This document shows, one piece after another, positions 45,968-56,472 of a DNA stretch of 64,000 bases. How positions within the stretch are numbered: position 1 is the first letter of the stretch; the number at the start of each line of letters is the position of its first letter. Below the pieces are notes generated by a model that saw nothing but the letters and a program-made list of their open reading frames with translations, ran no database searches and was not told the origin of the DNA. The position numbers were made by a program, and so were the translations under genes. The stretch is from positions 1 to 64,000 of IMG/VR virus record IMGVR_UViG_3300046457_000118; one strand, given 5' to 3'. Source of the DNA: a virus.

Positions 45968-47583
45968 CGCTTGACCTCAAGAGCATTGATGATGCGGCTG
46001 GTTGCACCGCCATTGACTGACTGTGAATCCAATGAATTGATGCAGAGTGTGTAGGTATGGTTGCCTGCACCAGGTGCATCCTGTATCTGGAAATACACGT
46101 TGCCACGCATACCTTGGTTAGTCGCAGTGACTGGACCATCACAAGTGAACAGTTGGACACCATCACGGTATAGCGCCAGATTCCACTGGGAGACTACGAC
46201 AGTACCTCCCGGAGTACCATCAGGTCCGTCTGTGCTGTATCCAGGGGGATCGACCGCACAACCGAAGCCAATGAGCACAGGGGCACCGCTGGACTGGAAT
46301 GTCAGGGTCTGTACCGTGTTCGATCCGGGATTGATCGTTGCCCTGCCAGCGGAATACGCCGAGACCGCCGTAGTGACCGCATTACCAGCGATCTTGAGCG
46401 TGTCGATGTCGGCTTCACGGATACGTGCTTTATCTATATAGACGACATCACCATCGATGATGAATGGCTTGATCTTCTCTATACCGGTACGACCAATCCA
46501 AAATCGATCCACATCAAAACCGGCCTCAACGATAGTGCCATCGTTGGCGATACCGAAGCCACCAGCCAAGCCATTCACCAAGGTCATGGCAGTCCAGATG
46601 GCAGACACCCGACCCGTCTCTTGATCAATCTTGGCCGCCAAGCCCATCTGGCCTGTTGCACTATCCCCATTCAAGGTGACTTCAACCGTCGTAACCTTCT
46701 GGGCCAGTGCGTGGGTACCATTCGCCAACGAAGTATCCAGTTCCTGCACGGCAGATGCTGCACCATCCACATCCGTACGCAAGGTACTGAGGTTGGTGGC
46801 CAGTGCGGTAGTCGGATCGATGTTGAGCGTCTTGATATCAACGATGGCGCCCTTGGCATCCTGTACTTCCGCATACAGGGCGTTGTACTGCTCCACTGTG
46901 GCAGAACTGTCTTGAAGACGGATGGTCTTCTCTTCGAGGATCGCGGCCATGGCATCATCGACTGCCGCAGCAATGATGTCGAGTTGGCTGACAAAGGCAC
47001 TGTCCGCATCCTGACGCTGGGTGATCTCCTGTCCAATGAAAGTCATGGAGTCGGCAAGACCATTCTGTACCGATGCCAGTGCAGTCTGAAAGGCTGCATT
47101 GCTGGCCAACCGATCTTGAATCTCTTGGTAGATGGCTTGGTTGGTCAGTGTGATACCACCGATGTCTTGACGCAGGGCTTCAGACAGGATGCCACTGTCA
47201 ATCAGACCGGTCAGCGTTTCCAGAGTCTGCCTCGACAACGGTTCAGCCGTCGCCATGACAGGTCCAATACGCTCTCCGCGCGTCCCATGGATCGATACAA
47301 CCTCGACCCAATAGAAGTAATCGGTATTGGAAGTGACTTGTACCTTGTCCAGATAGCTACTGCCCCCTGCATGTTCCAACAAGACAGCCGTTGCATAGTC
47401 TTCGGACGTGCCCCGATATACATCGGTGTAGGCCACCGCATGCGGATTGATCAGCGGGTAGCTCCACGACACCATGATGCCGCCATAGACCGTGCGGGCA
47501 TGCAGGGTGATGTTGTTGTCTGGATCACCGGGTTGAGGGCCACCCCAACCACCCGTACCACAGACGTTGTTTTCGCAAGACAT
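45964..47583 (-). CDS. Tail protein with FN3-like domain, coiled coil and J-like C-terminus
   Basis: Start MSCENN after GGAG; YFYW, VNGLAGGFGI, FDVDRFWI, PFIIDGDVVYIDKARI. Confidence 0.75.
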   Translation of the reverse strand: MSCENNVCGTGGWGGPQPGDPDNNITLHARTVYGGIMVSWSYPLINPHAVAYTDVYRGTSEDYATAVLLEHAGGSSYLDKVQVTSNTDYFYWVEVVSIHGTRGERIGPVMATAEPLSRQTLETLTGLIDSGILSEALRQDIGGITLTNQAIYQEIQDRLASNAAFQTALASVQNGLADSMTFIGQEITQRQDADSAFVSQLDIIAAAVDDAMAAILEEKTIRLQDSSATVEQYNALYAEVQDAKGAIVDIKTLNIDPTTALATNLSTLRTDVDGAASAVQELDTSLANGTHALAQKVTTVEVTLNGDSATGQMGLAAKIDQETGRVSAIWTAMTLVNGLAGGFGIANDGTIVEAGFDVDRFWIGRTGIEKIKPFIIDGDVVYIDKARIREADIDTLKIAGNAVTTAVSAYSAGRATINPGSNTVQTLTFQSSGAPVLIGFGCAVDPPGYSTDGPDGTPGGTVVVSQWNLALYRDGVQLFTCDGPVTATNQGMRGNVYFQIQDAPGAGNHTYTLCINSLDSQSVNGGATSRIINALEVKR

Positions 47584-47659
47584 ACATACGCTCCAAGTGA
47601 GTGACCACTCCGGAGGAACCTTGTACAGTAGCGTTCCCCCCGAGAAGTTGACCACTGGA

Positions 47660-47686
47660 ATTATCTCATTGTTCTATGTATGTCAA
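47660..47686 (-). promoter_or_regulatory. Sigma70-type late promoter for tail module
   Basis: TTGACA-15 nt-GATAAT with extended TGn. Similar TGn-10 boxes occur before portal (ATGGGATAAT) and the 932-aa gene (ATGGCACAAT). Confidence 0.45.
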
Positions 47687-47719
47687 GCAACTTTTCTTAC
47701 CCCATACAAAGGACCATCC

Positions 47720-48025
47720 ATGGCAATGAATCCGTACAATTTCGCTATCACTTGTCGTGCCTTGATGGAAGGGGCATCCGTACAGGACATCGTTAAGTTC
47801 ACCGGGCTGCATACCATATCGGCACGCCGGTTCATCCGTCAGGCCTACCTTGATGGCTTGCTGTATGTCTATGACTGGGCGAGCGACGCCAAGGGGAACC
47901 CAAGCATCCGGATTTTCCGGTTCAAGCAGTCCGATGCCGACACGGATGCCGTGCGTCCGGTCAGTGATGAGACCCGTGCGCGTTACCCAGTCGGTCATCC
48001 AAGCCATTTGGCAATGAACGGCTGA
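47720..48025 (+). CDS. Small HTH-like protein
   Basis: SVQDIVKFTGLHTISARRFI, W..D..G. Confidence 0.6.
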   Translation: MAMNPYNFAITCRALMEGASVQDIVKFTGLHTISARRFIRQAYLDGLLYVYDWASDAKGNPSIRIFRFKQSDADTDAVRPVSDETRARYPVGHPSHLAMNG

Positions 48026-48149
48026 GTAAAATTCCCCTCGCGTACGTTCAATTTCCGTGTAGCATTGCATCCTCCTTAAGTCGTTCCAGAGCCATGCGGC
48101 AAGTTTCGTATGGCTTTCCTTCCCCCATTGCGCCAAGAAAGGTCGCTTT

Positions 48150-50075
48150 ATGCCAGCAGCAGCCCATCTACCCACCCCCCTGCAAGAATTCGTCCACAAG
48201 AGCCGCTACGCCCGCTGGCGTAAAGACCTTGGCCGTCGTGAGACGTGGCCTGAAACGGTCCGTCGCTACGTGGACTACTTCTCCAACAAGTTCCCCCACT
48301 ACCCCACCGAGCGTGTCTACAACGCGATCCTGAACCTCAAGGTCATGCCGTCCATGCGGGCCTTGATGACGGCAGGACCAGCACTGGAACGCGATCCCAT
48401 GGCAGGCTTCAATTGCTCGTTCGTCGCCATCGACAACGTGCGTGCCTTCGATGAAATCCTGTACATCTCCATGTGCGGTACCGGTGTCGGCTTCTCGGTC
48501 GAACGCCAGTTCGTCTCACAACTGCCGGTCATCGGTGCCAGCATCGTCAACGGCAAGGTGCACATAGCGGACAAGATGGCCAAGACGGATCACACCATCG
48601 TGGTCCGTGACAGCAAAGGTGGCTGGGCATCGGCATTCGCTGAATTGCTCGACTTCCTGTACCGTGGCTTCATCCCAAGCTGGAATGTGTCCAAGGTCCG
48701 TCCTCATGGTGCTCCGCTGAAGACCTTCGGTGGCCGTGCATCCGGTCCGCAACCGCTGGTGGACCTCTTCAACTTCTGTGTTGAAGTGTTCTCCGGTGCC
48801 GTTGGCCGCAAGCTGCAATCCATCGAAGCCCACGATATCGCCTGCAAGATTGCAGACATCGTGGTCGTAGGTGGCGTGCGTCGCTCTGCCCTGATCAGCC
48901 TGTCGAATCTGTCGGATGACCGCATGCGTGGTGCCAAGAACGGTCAGTGGTGGCTCACCGACCCGCACCGTGCACTGGCCAACAACTCGGCGGCATACAC
49001 CGAGCGTCCCGAGATGGAAATGTTCATCAAGGAATGGCTGTCCCTGATCGAATCGAAGTCGGGCGAGCGTGGCATCTTCAACCGCCAAGCGGTCATCAAC
49101 AAGGCACTGGAATCGGGCCGCCGTGACGCTACCAAAGTCATCGGTACCAATCCCTGTGCCGAGATCGCCCTGCGCTCCATGGGCCTGTGCAACCTGTCGG
49201 AAGTGGTCGTCCGCTCCGGTGACTCCATGGAAGACCTCGAAGAGAAGATCGAAATCGCCACCATCATCGGCACCTACCAGTCGATGCTGACGGACTTCCG
49301 CTACGTGCGTCCCGAGTGGAAAGCCAATCAAGAAGAGGAACGCCTGTTGGGTGTCTCGCTGACTGGCATCATGGATCACGAAGTGCTAGCTCACGTCAAC
49401 GGCCGTACGCGTACGTGGCTGCGTCATATGAAACAACATGGGATCAAGGTCAACAAGCAGTGGTCAGAACTGCTTGGCATCAACCAGTCGGTCGCTATCA
49501 CCACCGTCAAGCCATCAGGTACCGTCTCGCAACTGGTGGATTCGGCATCGGGCAAGCACGAGCGTTACGCCAAGTACTACATCCGTACCGTTCGAGCCGA
49601 CAAGAAAGACCCGCTGGCCCAACTCATGACCAAGCAAGGCTTTCCGGTCGAAGATTGCGTGAACAAGCCGGAAACCACATCGATTTTCTCGTTCCCGGTC
49701 AAGGCACCTGCCCACTCGGTATTTCGCAACGACCGTACGGCCATCCAGCAACTGGAACACTACCTGATGTTCCAAGAAGAGTGGTCGGAGCACAACGTGT
49801 CGAACACCATCTATGTGCGTGAGCATGAATGGATGGAAGTCGGCAACTGGGTCTACCAGAACTTCGACATGCTGGCCGGTGTCTCGTTCCTGCCGCACTC
49901 GGACCACACCTACCGTCAGGCTCCGTATCAGGAGATTGATGAAGCCACGTACCAAGAACTGCTGGCCAAGATGCCTGAGTTCAACTGGGATGAACTGACC
50001 AAGTTCGAGAAGGATGACACCTCGGTCAAGGTGCGTGAACTGGCTTGCACGGCAGGTGTGTGCGAGATGTTGTGA
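48150..50075 (+). CDS. nrdJ: Class II (adenosylcobalamin-dependent) ribonucleotide reductase
   Basis: PSMR, FNCSF, GTGVGFS, GGVRRSA, TNPCAEI, TVKPSGTVS, C-terminal CTAGVC; no beta-subunit gene nearby. Confidence 0.9.
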   Translation: MPAAAHLPTPLQEFVHKSRYARWRKDLGRRETWPETVRRYVDYFSNKFPHYPTERVYNAILNLKVMPSMRALMTAGPALERDPMAGFNCSFVAIDNVRAFDEILYISMCGTGVGFSVERQFVSQLPVIGASIVNGKVHIADKMAKTDHTIVVRDSKGGWASAFAELLDFLYRGFIPSWNVSKVRPHGAPLKTFGGRASGPQPLVDLFNFCVEVFSGAVGRKLQSIEAHDIACKIADIVVVGGVRRSALISLSNLSDDRMRGAKNGQWWLTDPHRALANNSAAYTERPEMEMFIKEWLSLIESKSGERGIFNRQAVINKALESGRRDATKVIGTNPCAEIALRSMGLCNLSEVVVRSGDSMEDLEEKIEIATIIGTYQSMLTDFRYVRPEWKANQEEERLLGVSLTGIMDHEVLAHVNGRTRTWLRHMKQHGIKVNKQWSELLGINQSVAITTVKPSGTVSQLVDSASGKHERYAKYYIRTVRADKKDPLAQLMTKQGFPVEDCVNKPETTSIFSFPVKAPAHSVFRNDRTAIQQLEHYLMFQEEWSEHNVSNTIYVREHEWMEVGNWVYQNFDMLAGVSFLPHSDHTYRQAPYQEIDEATYQELLAKMPEFNWDELTKFEKDDTSVKVRELACTAGVCEML

Positions 50076-50179
50076 AAGCTTGACTGGCCTGAAGTCAAGT
50101 TCGGGCCAGTGAATCTGTGGAGTCTTCCACGGTAATCACAGGGCACTTCGGTGCCCTACTTCCCCTCCCAAGGAATCCC

Positions 50180-50704
50180 ATGAACGACCGAGACAACCAT
50201 CAAAGCACAACAGTCCACTGCTCCGTTCCAGGCTGCTATAGCCCTCCCGTCTTCGCTGGCTTGTGCAACCTGCACTCGACCCGAGGAATTCACCAGACCG
50301 TGGATCAGCGAAAGGCAGAGGACCGCCGTGGCAATCGCCCCGAAATCGCTACTGACATCCCGGCAGGCACTACAGCAACCGCCAGTAATCCGGGATTTGC
50401 GATTGATGCTGCCACTATCTACAAATCCGATCTCAATACCACCAGTGCCATCGGCCATGACCGTCGTGGTACCGACGCCAAGATGTCGGAGAAGTACCCC
50501 AAATACTACAAGGACATCCCGGCAGGCGTTGATTCGCTCGACATCTACGCCGTGTGCCTCATGTTCAATGTGAACGATGCTGCCCTGTCGCATGCACTGA
50601 AAAAGATCATGCTGCCCGGTGTCCGTACTGGCAACAAGACCCGCCGTGACGACATCAAGGAAGCGCGTGACACGCTGAACCGTTGGCTTGAACTGCACAA
50701 GTGA
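50180..50704 (+). CDS. Zn-finger plus DUF3310-like domain protein
   Basis: CSVPGC...GLCNLH; YYKD..LDIY...HALKK..G.R..K..DIKEA. Confidence 0.55.
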   Translation: MNDRDNHQSTTVHCSVPGCYSPPVFAGLCNLHSTRGIHQTVDQRKAEDRRGNRPEIATDIPAGTTATASNPGFAIDAATIYKSDLNTTSAIGHDRRGTDAKMSEKYPKYYKDIPAGVDSLDIYAVCLMFNVNDAALSHALKKIMLPGVRTGNKTRRDDIKEARDTLNRWLELHK

Positions 50705-50711
50705 TCGTCAG

Positions 50712-50726
50712 GGGCACTCCGTGCCC
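50712..50726 (+). promoter_or_regulatory. TCC-loop hairpin (vRNAP-promoter-like)
   Basis: GGGCAC-TCC-GTGCCC, intergenic. Confidence 0.45.
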
Positions 50727-50759
50727 TTGCGTGAAACCATCAACCAACAGGTGAAGCCA

Positions 50760-51761
50760 ATGAACAAACGCTATGCCAATACGTCCAGTGTCCCGTTGTC
50801 ATTGGCCGTCTTCCTCGCTACCGACAACTACGACTACAACGACGACCCCTATACCATCAGTGCGACCACGCTGCTCAAGCCAACTCGCCAGATCGTGCTG
50901 TCGCAACGGGTACCCGCCAACAGTGTGACACTGGACCTCGTAGCCCAGATGAACACCCGCATGGGTTCGGCTGTGCACGATGCCATTGAACGCTCGTGGA
51001 AGGACAACTACAAGAACGCACTGGAAGCCATTGGCATTCCGAAGTTCGTCATCAACAAGGTCCGCATCAACCCGACCAATGCCGAACTGGCTGCTGATCC
51101 TGACATCATCCCGGTGTACATGGAACAGCGCATGCAACGCAATATCGGCAAGTGGACCGTCAGCGGCAAGTTCGACTTCATCGGTGAAGGCCGGGTGCAG
51201 GACTTCAAGACGGCGACGATCTGGTCTTACATGAATCAGGTCAACGCATGGAAGCAGATGATGCAGGGTTCCCTGTATCGCTGGCTCGATCCGAACAAGA
51301 TCACGCAGGATCAGATGGACATCATTCACATCTTCAAGGATTGGATGCCTGCGATGGTCGCTACCGACCCGAATTATCCGAAGCAACCCTTTGCCGTGCA
51401 GACCTTCAACCTGCTGCCCTACGACGAGACCGACCGATTCGTCAGTGTCAAGCTGGCGGAGATCGAACGCTGCATGGATGCTGACGATGCCGATATCCCT
51501 GACTGCGGTGAGGACGATCTGTGGCGTAGCAAGACGGTCTACAAGTACTATGCCAATGGCTTTGCCGGTGCCAAGAAAAGCTCGAAGAACTTCGAGGACT
51601 TGGCTTCTGCCAACCAGCACATGTACACCGAGAAGGGTGGCAAGGGTGAAGTCGTCACCGTGTATGGCACCGTCAAGGCATGCAACCACTGTGCCGCAGC
51701 CCCCGTCTGTGGCCAGCGTGAACGCCTGATCGCCTCGGGCCACCTGCTCAAGCAGATTTAA
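50760..51761 (+). CDS. PD-(D/E)xK exonuclease, Cas4/RecB-like, N4-conserved
   Basis: SATTLLKP, GSAVH, GKFD...DFK, C-terminal CNHC....VC. Confidence 0.8.
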   Translation: MNKRYANTSSVPLSLAVFLATDNYDYNDDPYTISATTLLKPTRQIVLSQRVPANSVTLDLVAQMNTRMGSAVHDAIERSWKDNYKNALEAIGIPKFVINKVRINPTNAELAADPDIIPVYMEQRMQRNIGKWTVSGKFDFIGEGRVQDFKTATIWSYMNQVNAWKQMMQGSLYRWLDPNKITQDQMDIIHIFKDWMPAMVATDPNYPKQPFAVQTFNLLPYDETDRFVSVKLAEIERCMDADDADIPDCGEDDLWRSKTVYKYYANGFAGAKKSSKNFEDLASANQHMYTEKGGKGEVVTVYGTVKACNHCAAAPVCGQRERLIASGHLLKQI

Positions 51762-51781
51762 TCAACCCCTAAAGGAAGACT

Positions 51782-51976
51782 ATGGAAATCGAAAATCTCC
51801 AATCAGCTATTGAAGAAGCTGAACGCTTTGTCAAGAAAGCCAAACAGTTGGAAAAGACATTTGATGCTGGCGGTCGTACCGCTGGCACCATCTACGGCTT
51901 TCCTGCTGAACAAGGTGCAGTCAAGCGTGCCAGCATGGACCTGACTCGTTCGCTGGCAAAGCTCCGTAATCAATAA
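51782..51976 (+). CDS. Small hypothetical protein
   Basis: AIEEAERF..KA, GAVKRASMDLTRSLAKLR. Confidence 0.75.
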   Translation: MEIENLQSAIEEAERFVKKAKQLEKTFDAGGRTAGTIYGFPAEQGAVKRASMDLTRSLAKLRNQ

Positions 51977-51985
51977 GGAGTCTCA

Positions 51986-54181
51986 ATGAAACCAATAGAA
52001 GACATGGAGTTTCATCCCATCGCAGAAGAAGTCGTCAAGATTCTCTGCGAGCGGACACAAAACTTCAGCCCCCTGTTCTTCCGGGTTTCGGTCGCCTACT
52101 ACTTTGCCAAGGTAGCCTCCATGATGCGTTGCTCGATTGTGACGCATGATCGTGGTGAGATCCCGGTAAGTTTGTATGCACTGAACCTCGGCACATCCGG
52201 TTCGGGCAAAGGCTTCTCGACCAACATCATGGAAGAACACGTTATCAAGGGCTTCCGTGAACGCTTCTTGAGCGAGACCTTCCCGTATCTGGTCGAACAG
52301 AACCTGCCCCGTCTGGCAGTCGAACGGGCCAACCGCAAGAATGCCAACATGAACAGCAACGGCATCATTGTTGATCCCGATGTCGAACTGGAACGTGTGC
52401 GCAAGGAGTTCAACGAATCGGGCACCATGGTGTTCTCGTTCGACTCCGGTACCACACCGGCAGTCAAGCAGTTGCGTCACTTCCTGTTGATGGCCAATAC
52501 TGGCTCGATCAATCTCGAAATGGACGAGATCGGTTCCAACCTGCTCGGCAATACCGAGGTGTTGACGGCCTTCCTCGAACTGTACGACAAGGGCTTGATC
52601 AAGCCAAAGCTGATCAAGAGTACGTCGGACAACCGACGCAGCGAAGAGATCATCGGCGGTACTCCTACCAACATGCTCTTGTTCGGTACGCCTGCCAAGC
52701 TGCTCGATGGTGGCAAGACAGAGGAAGAACTGTTCTCGATGCTGGAGACGGGCTATGCGCGTCGCTGCTTCTTCGGCTACTCGCGTGCCGGTCACAAGGG
52801 TGCCAAGCGTACGGCCAAGGAGGTCTACGACATGTTGACCAATCCCCAGTCGAACCAGTACATCCTTGGCTTGTCGGATCGTCTGGCACAACTGGCTGAC
52901 ATCTCCAATGCAGACAAGAAGCTGCTCATGACCGAAGAGGTCAGCTTGATCCTGTTGGAGTACAAGCTACTGTGCGAAGAGAAGGCCGAGGAACTGCCTG
53001 AGCATCTGGAAGTGCGCAAGGCTGAAATCAGCCATCGCTACTTCAAGGCGCTGAAGCTGGCCGGTGCCTATGCCTTCATCGACGATTCGCCGGAAGTCAC
53101 CGAGGAACACCTGTACAACGCCATCAAACTGGCCGAGGAATCGGGTGCAGCCTTCGAGAGCATCCTGTCGCGGGACAAGCCTTACGTCAAGCTGGCCAAG
53201 TACTTTGCCACCTGCAAAACTGATGTGACGCATGCTGACCTGATTGCCGATCTGCCCTTCTTCAAGGGTACGGCAAGCCAACGTGCAGAACTGATCGGGC
53301 TGGCCATCGCATGGGGCTACCGGAACAACATCATCATCAAGAAGTCGTTCAATGATGGGATCGAGTTCCTGCGTGGTGAGTCGTTGAAGGAAAGCCATCT
53401 GGACAGCATGATCCTGTCGTACAGCACGGACATCACCACGGACTACCTGAACGTGCGTGGACCATGGGAAGAACTGTACATGCTGACGCAGGCTGATGGT
53501 CACCACTGGCTGTCTCACCACCTGCAAGACGGTGACAAGGGCCAAGGTCACCGGAAGGAAGAGAACTGCCTGCCGGGCTTCAACCTGATCGTGCTGGATG
53601 TGGACGGTGGCGTGTCGCTGGACACGGTACGTCTGCTGATGAAGGACTACAAGTACCTCATCTACACCACCAAGAGCCATGTCCCAGATGATCCGCAACA
53701 GCATTGCTTCCGCCTGATCTTGCCGTCGAACTTCGAGTTGTCGATGACGGCTCCGGAGTACAAGGAGTTCATGGAGAACGTGTATTCATGGCTTCCATTC
53801 AAGATCGATGACCAAACCAATCAGCGTGCACGCAAGTGGCTCTCGTGGAACATGCACTACGAGTACAACGAGGGTCAGGTTTTCGATGTGCTGCCCTTCA
53901 TCCCGAAGACCAGCAAGAACGAGGAACGGAAGAAGCGTCTCGAATCGCAGGCTGACATGGACAACCTGCAACGCTGGGTCATCAACAACACAGGTGATGG
54001 TAACCGCAACAACATGCTGCTTCGTTACGCGATGATCCTGATGGACTCTGGTTTCAACTTCGGTGCCATCGATGACCACGTACGGGCGATGAACGACAAG
54101 CTCCCGGACAAGCTCGATGACAACGAGATCACGGCCACCATCATGAAGACCGTCGCCAACCGCATGACCGCACGACCATAG
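51986..54181 (+). CDS. DNA primase / P-loop protein (N4 gp43 family)
   Basis: GTSGSGKG, DEIGSNL, TGYARR, LDVDGG, YTTKSH, GNRNN PriCT-like. Confidence 0.88.
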   Translation: MKPIEDMEFHPIAEEVVKILCERTQNFSPLFFRVSVAYYFAKVASMMRCSIVTHDRGEIPVSLYALNLGTSGSGKGFSTNIMEEHVIKGFRERFLSETFPYLVEQNLPRLAVERANRKNANMNSNGIIVDPDVELERVRKEFNESGTMVFSFDSGTTPAVKQLRHFLLMANTGSINLEMDEIGSNLLGNTEVLTAFLELYDKGLIKPKLIKSTSDNRRSEEIIGGTPTNMLLFGTPAKLLDGGKTEEELFSMLETGYARRCFFGYSRAGHKGAKRTAKEVYDMLTNPQSNQYILGLSDRLAQLADISNADKKLLMTEEVSLILLEYKLLCEEKAEELPEHLEVRKAEISHRYFKALKLAGAYAFIDDSPEVTEEHLYNAIKLAEESGAAFESILSRDKPYVKLAKYFATCKTDVTHADLIADLPFFKGTASQRAELIGLAIAWGYRNNIIIKKSFNDGIEFLRGESLKESHLDSMILSYSTDITTDYLNVRGPWEELYMLTQADGHHWLSHHLQDGDKGQGHRKEENCLPGFNLIVLDVDGGVSLDTVRLLMKDYKYLIYTTKSHVPDDPQQHCFRLILPSNFELSMTAPEYKEFMENVYSWLPFKIDDQTNQRARKWLSWNMHYEYNEGQVFDVLPFIPKTSKNEERKKRLESQADMDNLQRWVINNTGDGNRNNMLLRYAMILMDSGFNFGAIDDHVRAMNDKLPDKLDDNEITATIMKTVANRMTARP

Positions 54182-54189
54182 GAGAAACC

Positions 54190-54393
54190 ATGAGTAAAGA
54201 ACTACAACCGCATCAACAACGTGTCGTCGATGAGCAACGTGAACTAGACACGAAGATCGTGGCCCTGCGCACGTTCATCAAAGGCGACATCTTCAACAAG
54301 CTGGATGTGCAAGAACAGACACGACTGGAACTGCAAATCGGCTACATGGAAGGCTACAGCAGCGTCTTGGGCCGTCGTATCGCTGCATTCTAA
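54190..54393 (+). CDS. Small conserved phage protein
   Basis: PHQQRVVDE..EL..KI..L..FI....F, Q...M..YS.VL..RI..F. Confidence 0.75.
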   Translation: MSKELQPHQQRVVDEQRELDTKIVALRTFIKGDIFNKLDVQEQTRLELQIGYMEGYSSVLGRRIAAF

Positions 54394-54397
54394 TCAG

Positions 54398-54412
54398 GCA
54401 CCCTCCGGGTGC
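54398..54412 (+). promoter_or_regulatory. TCC-loop hairpin (vRNAP-promoter-like)
   Basis: GCACCC-TCC-GGGTGC followed by a second hairpin CAGGCCGG...CTGGCCTG. Confidence 0.5.
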
Positions 54413-54468
54413 ACATTCGGAAAATACAGGCCGGTGTCTGCTGGCCTGTTCTCAACCAAGGAAACCAA

Positions 54469-55215
54469 ATGAGTGATGATACTCAAGTAACCAGCGTCAA
54501 TGACTTCCTCGTGGCAGTCGTAGGCAAATCCTCGACCGGCAAATCGGCTTCGCTGATGGGCATCGAGAACCCGGAAGGCGTGGCCTATGCCAACTGTGAA
54601 GCGGGCAAGAAGCTGCCCTTCCGCTCGAAGTTCAAGGAAATTACGATCACCGATCCCTTCCAGGTGATCCAACTCCTGCAAGAAGTCGAAGAGATGCCCG
54701 ACATCCATACCGTGGCCATCGACTCGCTGTCGTTCCTGTTGGAGATGTATGTTTCCCTGTACGTGGTCACCAACACGGCCAATGGCATGAAGGCATGGGG
54801 CGAGTTCGCCCAGTTCGTCAAGAACATGTTCCAGCAACACGTTGCCGCATCGACCAAGAACATCATCTTCATCTCGCACACCGCCGACAAGTATAACGAG
54901 TCGGAACTGGTGAGCGAAGTAGCAATGCCGGTGCAGGGTTCGACCAAGAACGTTGGCCTCGAAGCCTACTTCTCGCTGGTCATCGCCACCAAGAAGGTCA
55001 AGATCAAGGAACTGGAGAAGTACAAGAACCCCATGCTGACCATCACCGAGGAAGACCAGATCCTCGGCTACAAGCATGTGTACCAGACCCGCCTTACCAA
55101 AGAGACTTCGAACGAACGTCTCCGTGGTCCGATGGGCATGTGGTCGATCCAAGAGACCTACATCGACAACAACATTCAACACGTCATCAACCGTCTGAGG
55201 GAGTACTACGCCTAA
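54469..55215 (+). CDS. Sak4-like ssDNA-annealing ATPase (N4 gp44)
   Basis: GKSSTGKS, NCEAGKKLPF, IDSL, GLEAYFS. Confidence 0.85.
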   Translation: MSDDTQVTSVNDFLVAVVGKSSTGKSASLMGIENPEGVAYANCEAGKKLPFRSKFKEITITDPFQVIQLLQEVEEMPDIHTVAIDSLSFLLEMYVSLYVVTNTANGMKAWGEFAQFVKNMFQQHVAASTKNIIFISHTADKYNESELVSEVAMPVQGSTKNVGLEAYFSLVIATKKVKIKELEKYKNPMLTITEEDQILGYKHVYQTRLTKETSNERLRGPMGMWSIQETYIDNNIQHVINRLREYYA

Positions 55216-55279
55216 CTCTACTTGAGTGCTAGTACCCACTGATATACACTTCTGTCTCCCCAACCCGAAAGGAAATACC

Positions 55280-56035
55280 ATGAGTCTGCTCAAAGGACTG
55301 AAGAAAGACCCGACCCTCGCTGGCGAACGTGACACCGTAGGCGGTGGCAACATCCGTGAATCGGATGTGTACCCGCTGACCGTTTCGATGGCTTACCTGC
55401 AAAAGTCGTCCGGTGGCGCACTCGGCTGCTTCCTGACCTTCAAGGATGCCGATGGCAAGGAAATCAACCAGACCATCTACGTCACCAGTGGTGATGCCAA
55501 GGGCAACAGCAACACGTACACCGACAAGGACGGCAAGGAACACTATCTGCCGGGTTACCTGCAAGTGAATGGCCTGTGCCTGCTGTCCATCGGTCAGGAA
55601 CTGTCTGACCTCGAAGAAGAAGAGAAGACCATCTCGGTCTACGACTTCAACGCCAAAGCCAAGGTCATGAAGAAGATGCCGGTGCTGACCGCCCTGATCG
55701 GTGCCAAGATCAAGGCCGGTATCGTCAAGCAGATCGTCAACAAGAACGTCAAGAGTGACGACGGCGTGTACTACCCGACCACCGACACCCGCGAAGAGAA
55801 CGAGATCAGCAAGTTCTTCCGCGACGACGATGGCCTGACCGTGGCCGAGATCGAAGCCGGTACCACCGAAGCCACGTTCATGGACGACTGGCTGAAGAAG
55901 TTCAAGGGTCAGGTCATCGACAAGACCAACAAGGACGCCAAGGCACCTCCGGCTGGTGGTGCCAAGCCTGCTCCGGGTGGTGCACCGGCTGCGGCCAAGC
56001 CGAAGTCGAGCCTGTTCGGTAAGCCCGCCGCGTAA
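55280..56035 (+). CDS. ssb: N4-type single-stranded DNA-binding protein / late activator (gp45)
   Basis: YVTSG, YLPGY, REENEI.KFF, C-terminal SLFGK. Confidence 0.85.
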   Translation: MSLLKGLKKDPTLAGERDTVGGGNIRESDVYPLTVSMAYLQKSSGGALGCFLTFKDADGKEINQTIYVTSGDAKGNSNTYTDKDGKEHYLPGYLQVNGLCLLSIGQELSDLEEEEKTISVYDFNAKAKVMKKMPVLTALIGAKIKAGIVKQIVNKNVKSDDGVYYPTTDTREENEISKFFRDDDGLTVAEIEAGTTEATFMDDWLKKFKGQVIDKTNKDAKAPPAGGAKPAPGGAPAAAKPKSSLFGKPAA

Positions 56036-56056
56036 CTGTCTCCTGCGTTGTGCCTT

Positions 56057-56086
56057 GCTGCCCGGTGAAAGCTGGGCAGCTTTTTT
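56057..56086 (+). terminator. Terminator
   Basis: GCTGCCCGG-TGAAAG-CTGGGCAGC-TTTTTT. Confidence 0.85.
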
Positions 56087-56103
56087 AATCCCCAAGGAAC
56101 AAA

Positions 56104-56472
56104 ATGACCGATCAAGAAAACAATCTGCCGGATGGCATGGGCATCATGAACAACATCGACCAGATGGCTTTCCTCGTGGCCGAATGGTTCGAGAACGCCC
56201 ACAAGCAGGCCCAGATGGCTTACGAAGTGCCGGATGGTCAGCCGATCACCGTCACCTTCGAGAAGGATGGCAAAGCCGAGGAACTGGTCCTGACCGGTGA
56301 TCTGCTGAAAGGCTTCAAGGCAGGCTGCATCGTCTTGACGAATATCTTCGGCCAACTGCCGTTCGCCCGTGTGCAGGAACCGGCACCACTGCCGGAAGGT
56401 TTTGCGACCTACGAAGAACCGGCACTGAAGCTCGTGGCATCGAACGATGACCAACCTGCGTCGGGCAACTGA
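56104..56472 (+). CDS. Hypothetical protein
   Basis: 122 aa; GFKAG...FGQLPF. Confidence 0.7.
   Translation: MTDQENNLPDGMGIMNNIDQMAFLVAEWFENAHKQAQMAYEVPDGQPITVTFEKDGKAEELVLTGDLLKGFKAGCIVLTNIFGQLPFARVQEPAPLPEGFATYEEPALKLVASNDDQPASGN

Noticed and set aside
48026-48149. Cobalamin riboswitch upstream of class II RNR
   Set aside because: Leader is too short and lacks a recognisable B12 box; only one hairpin is evident
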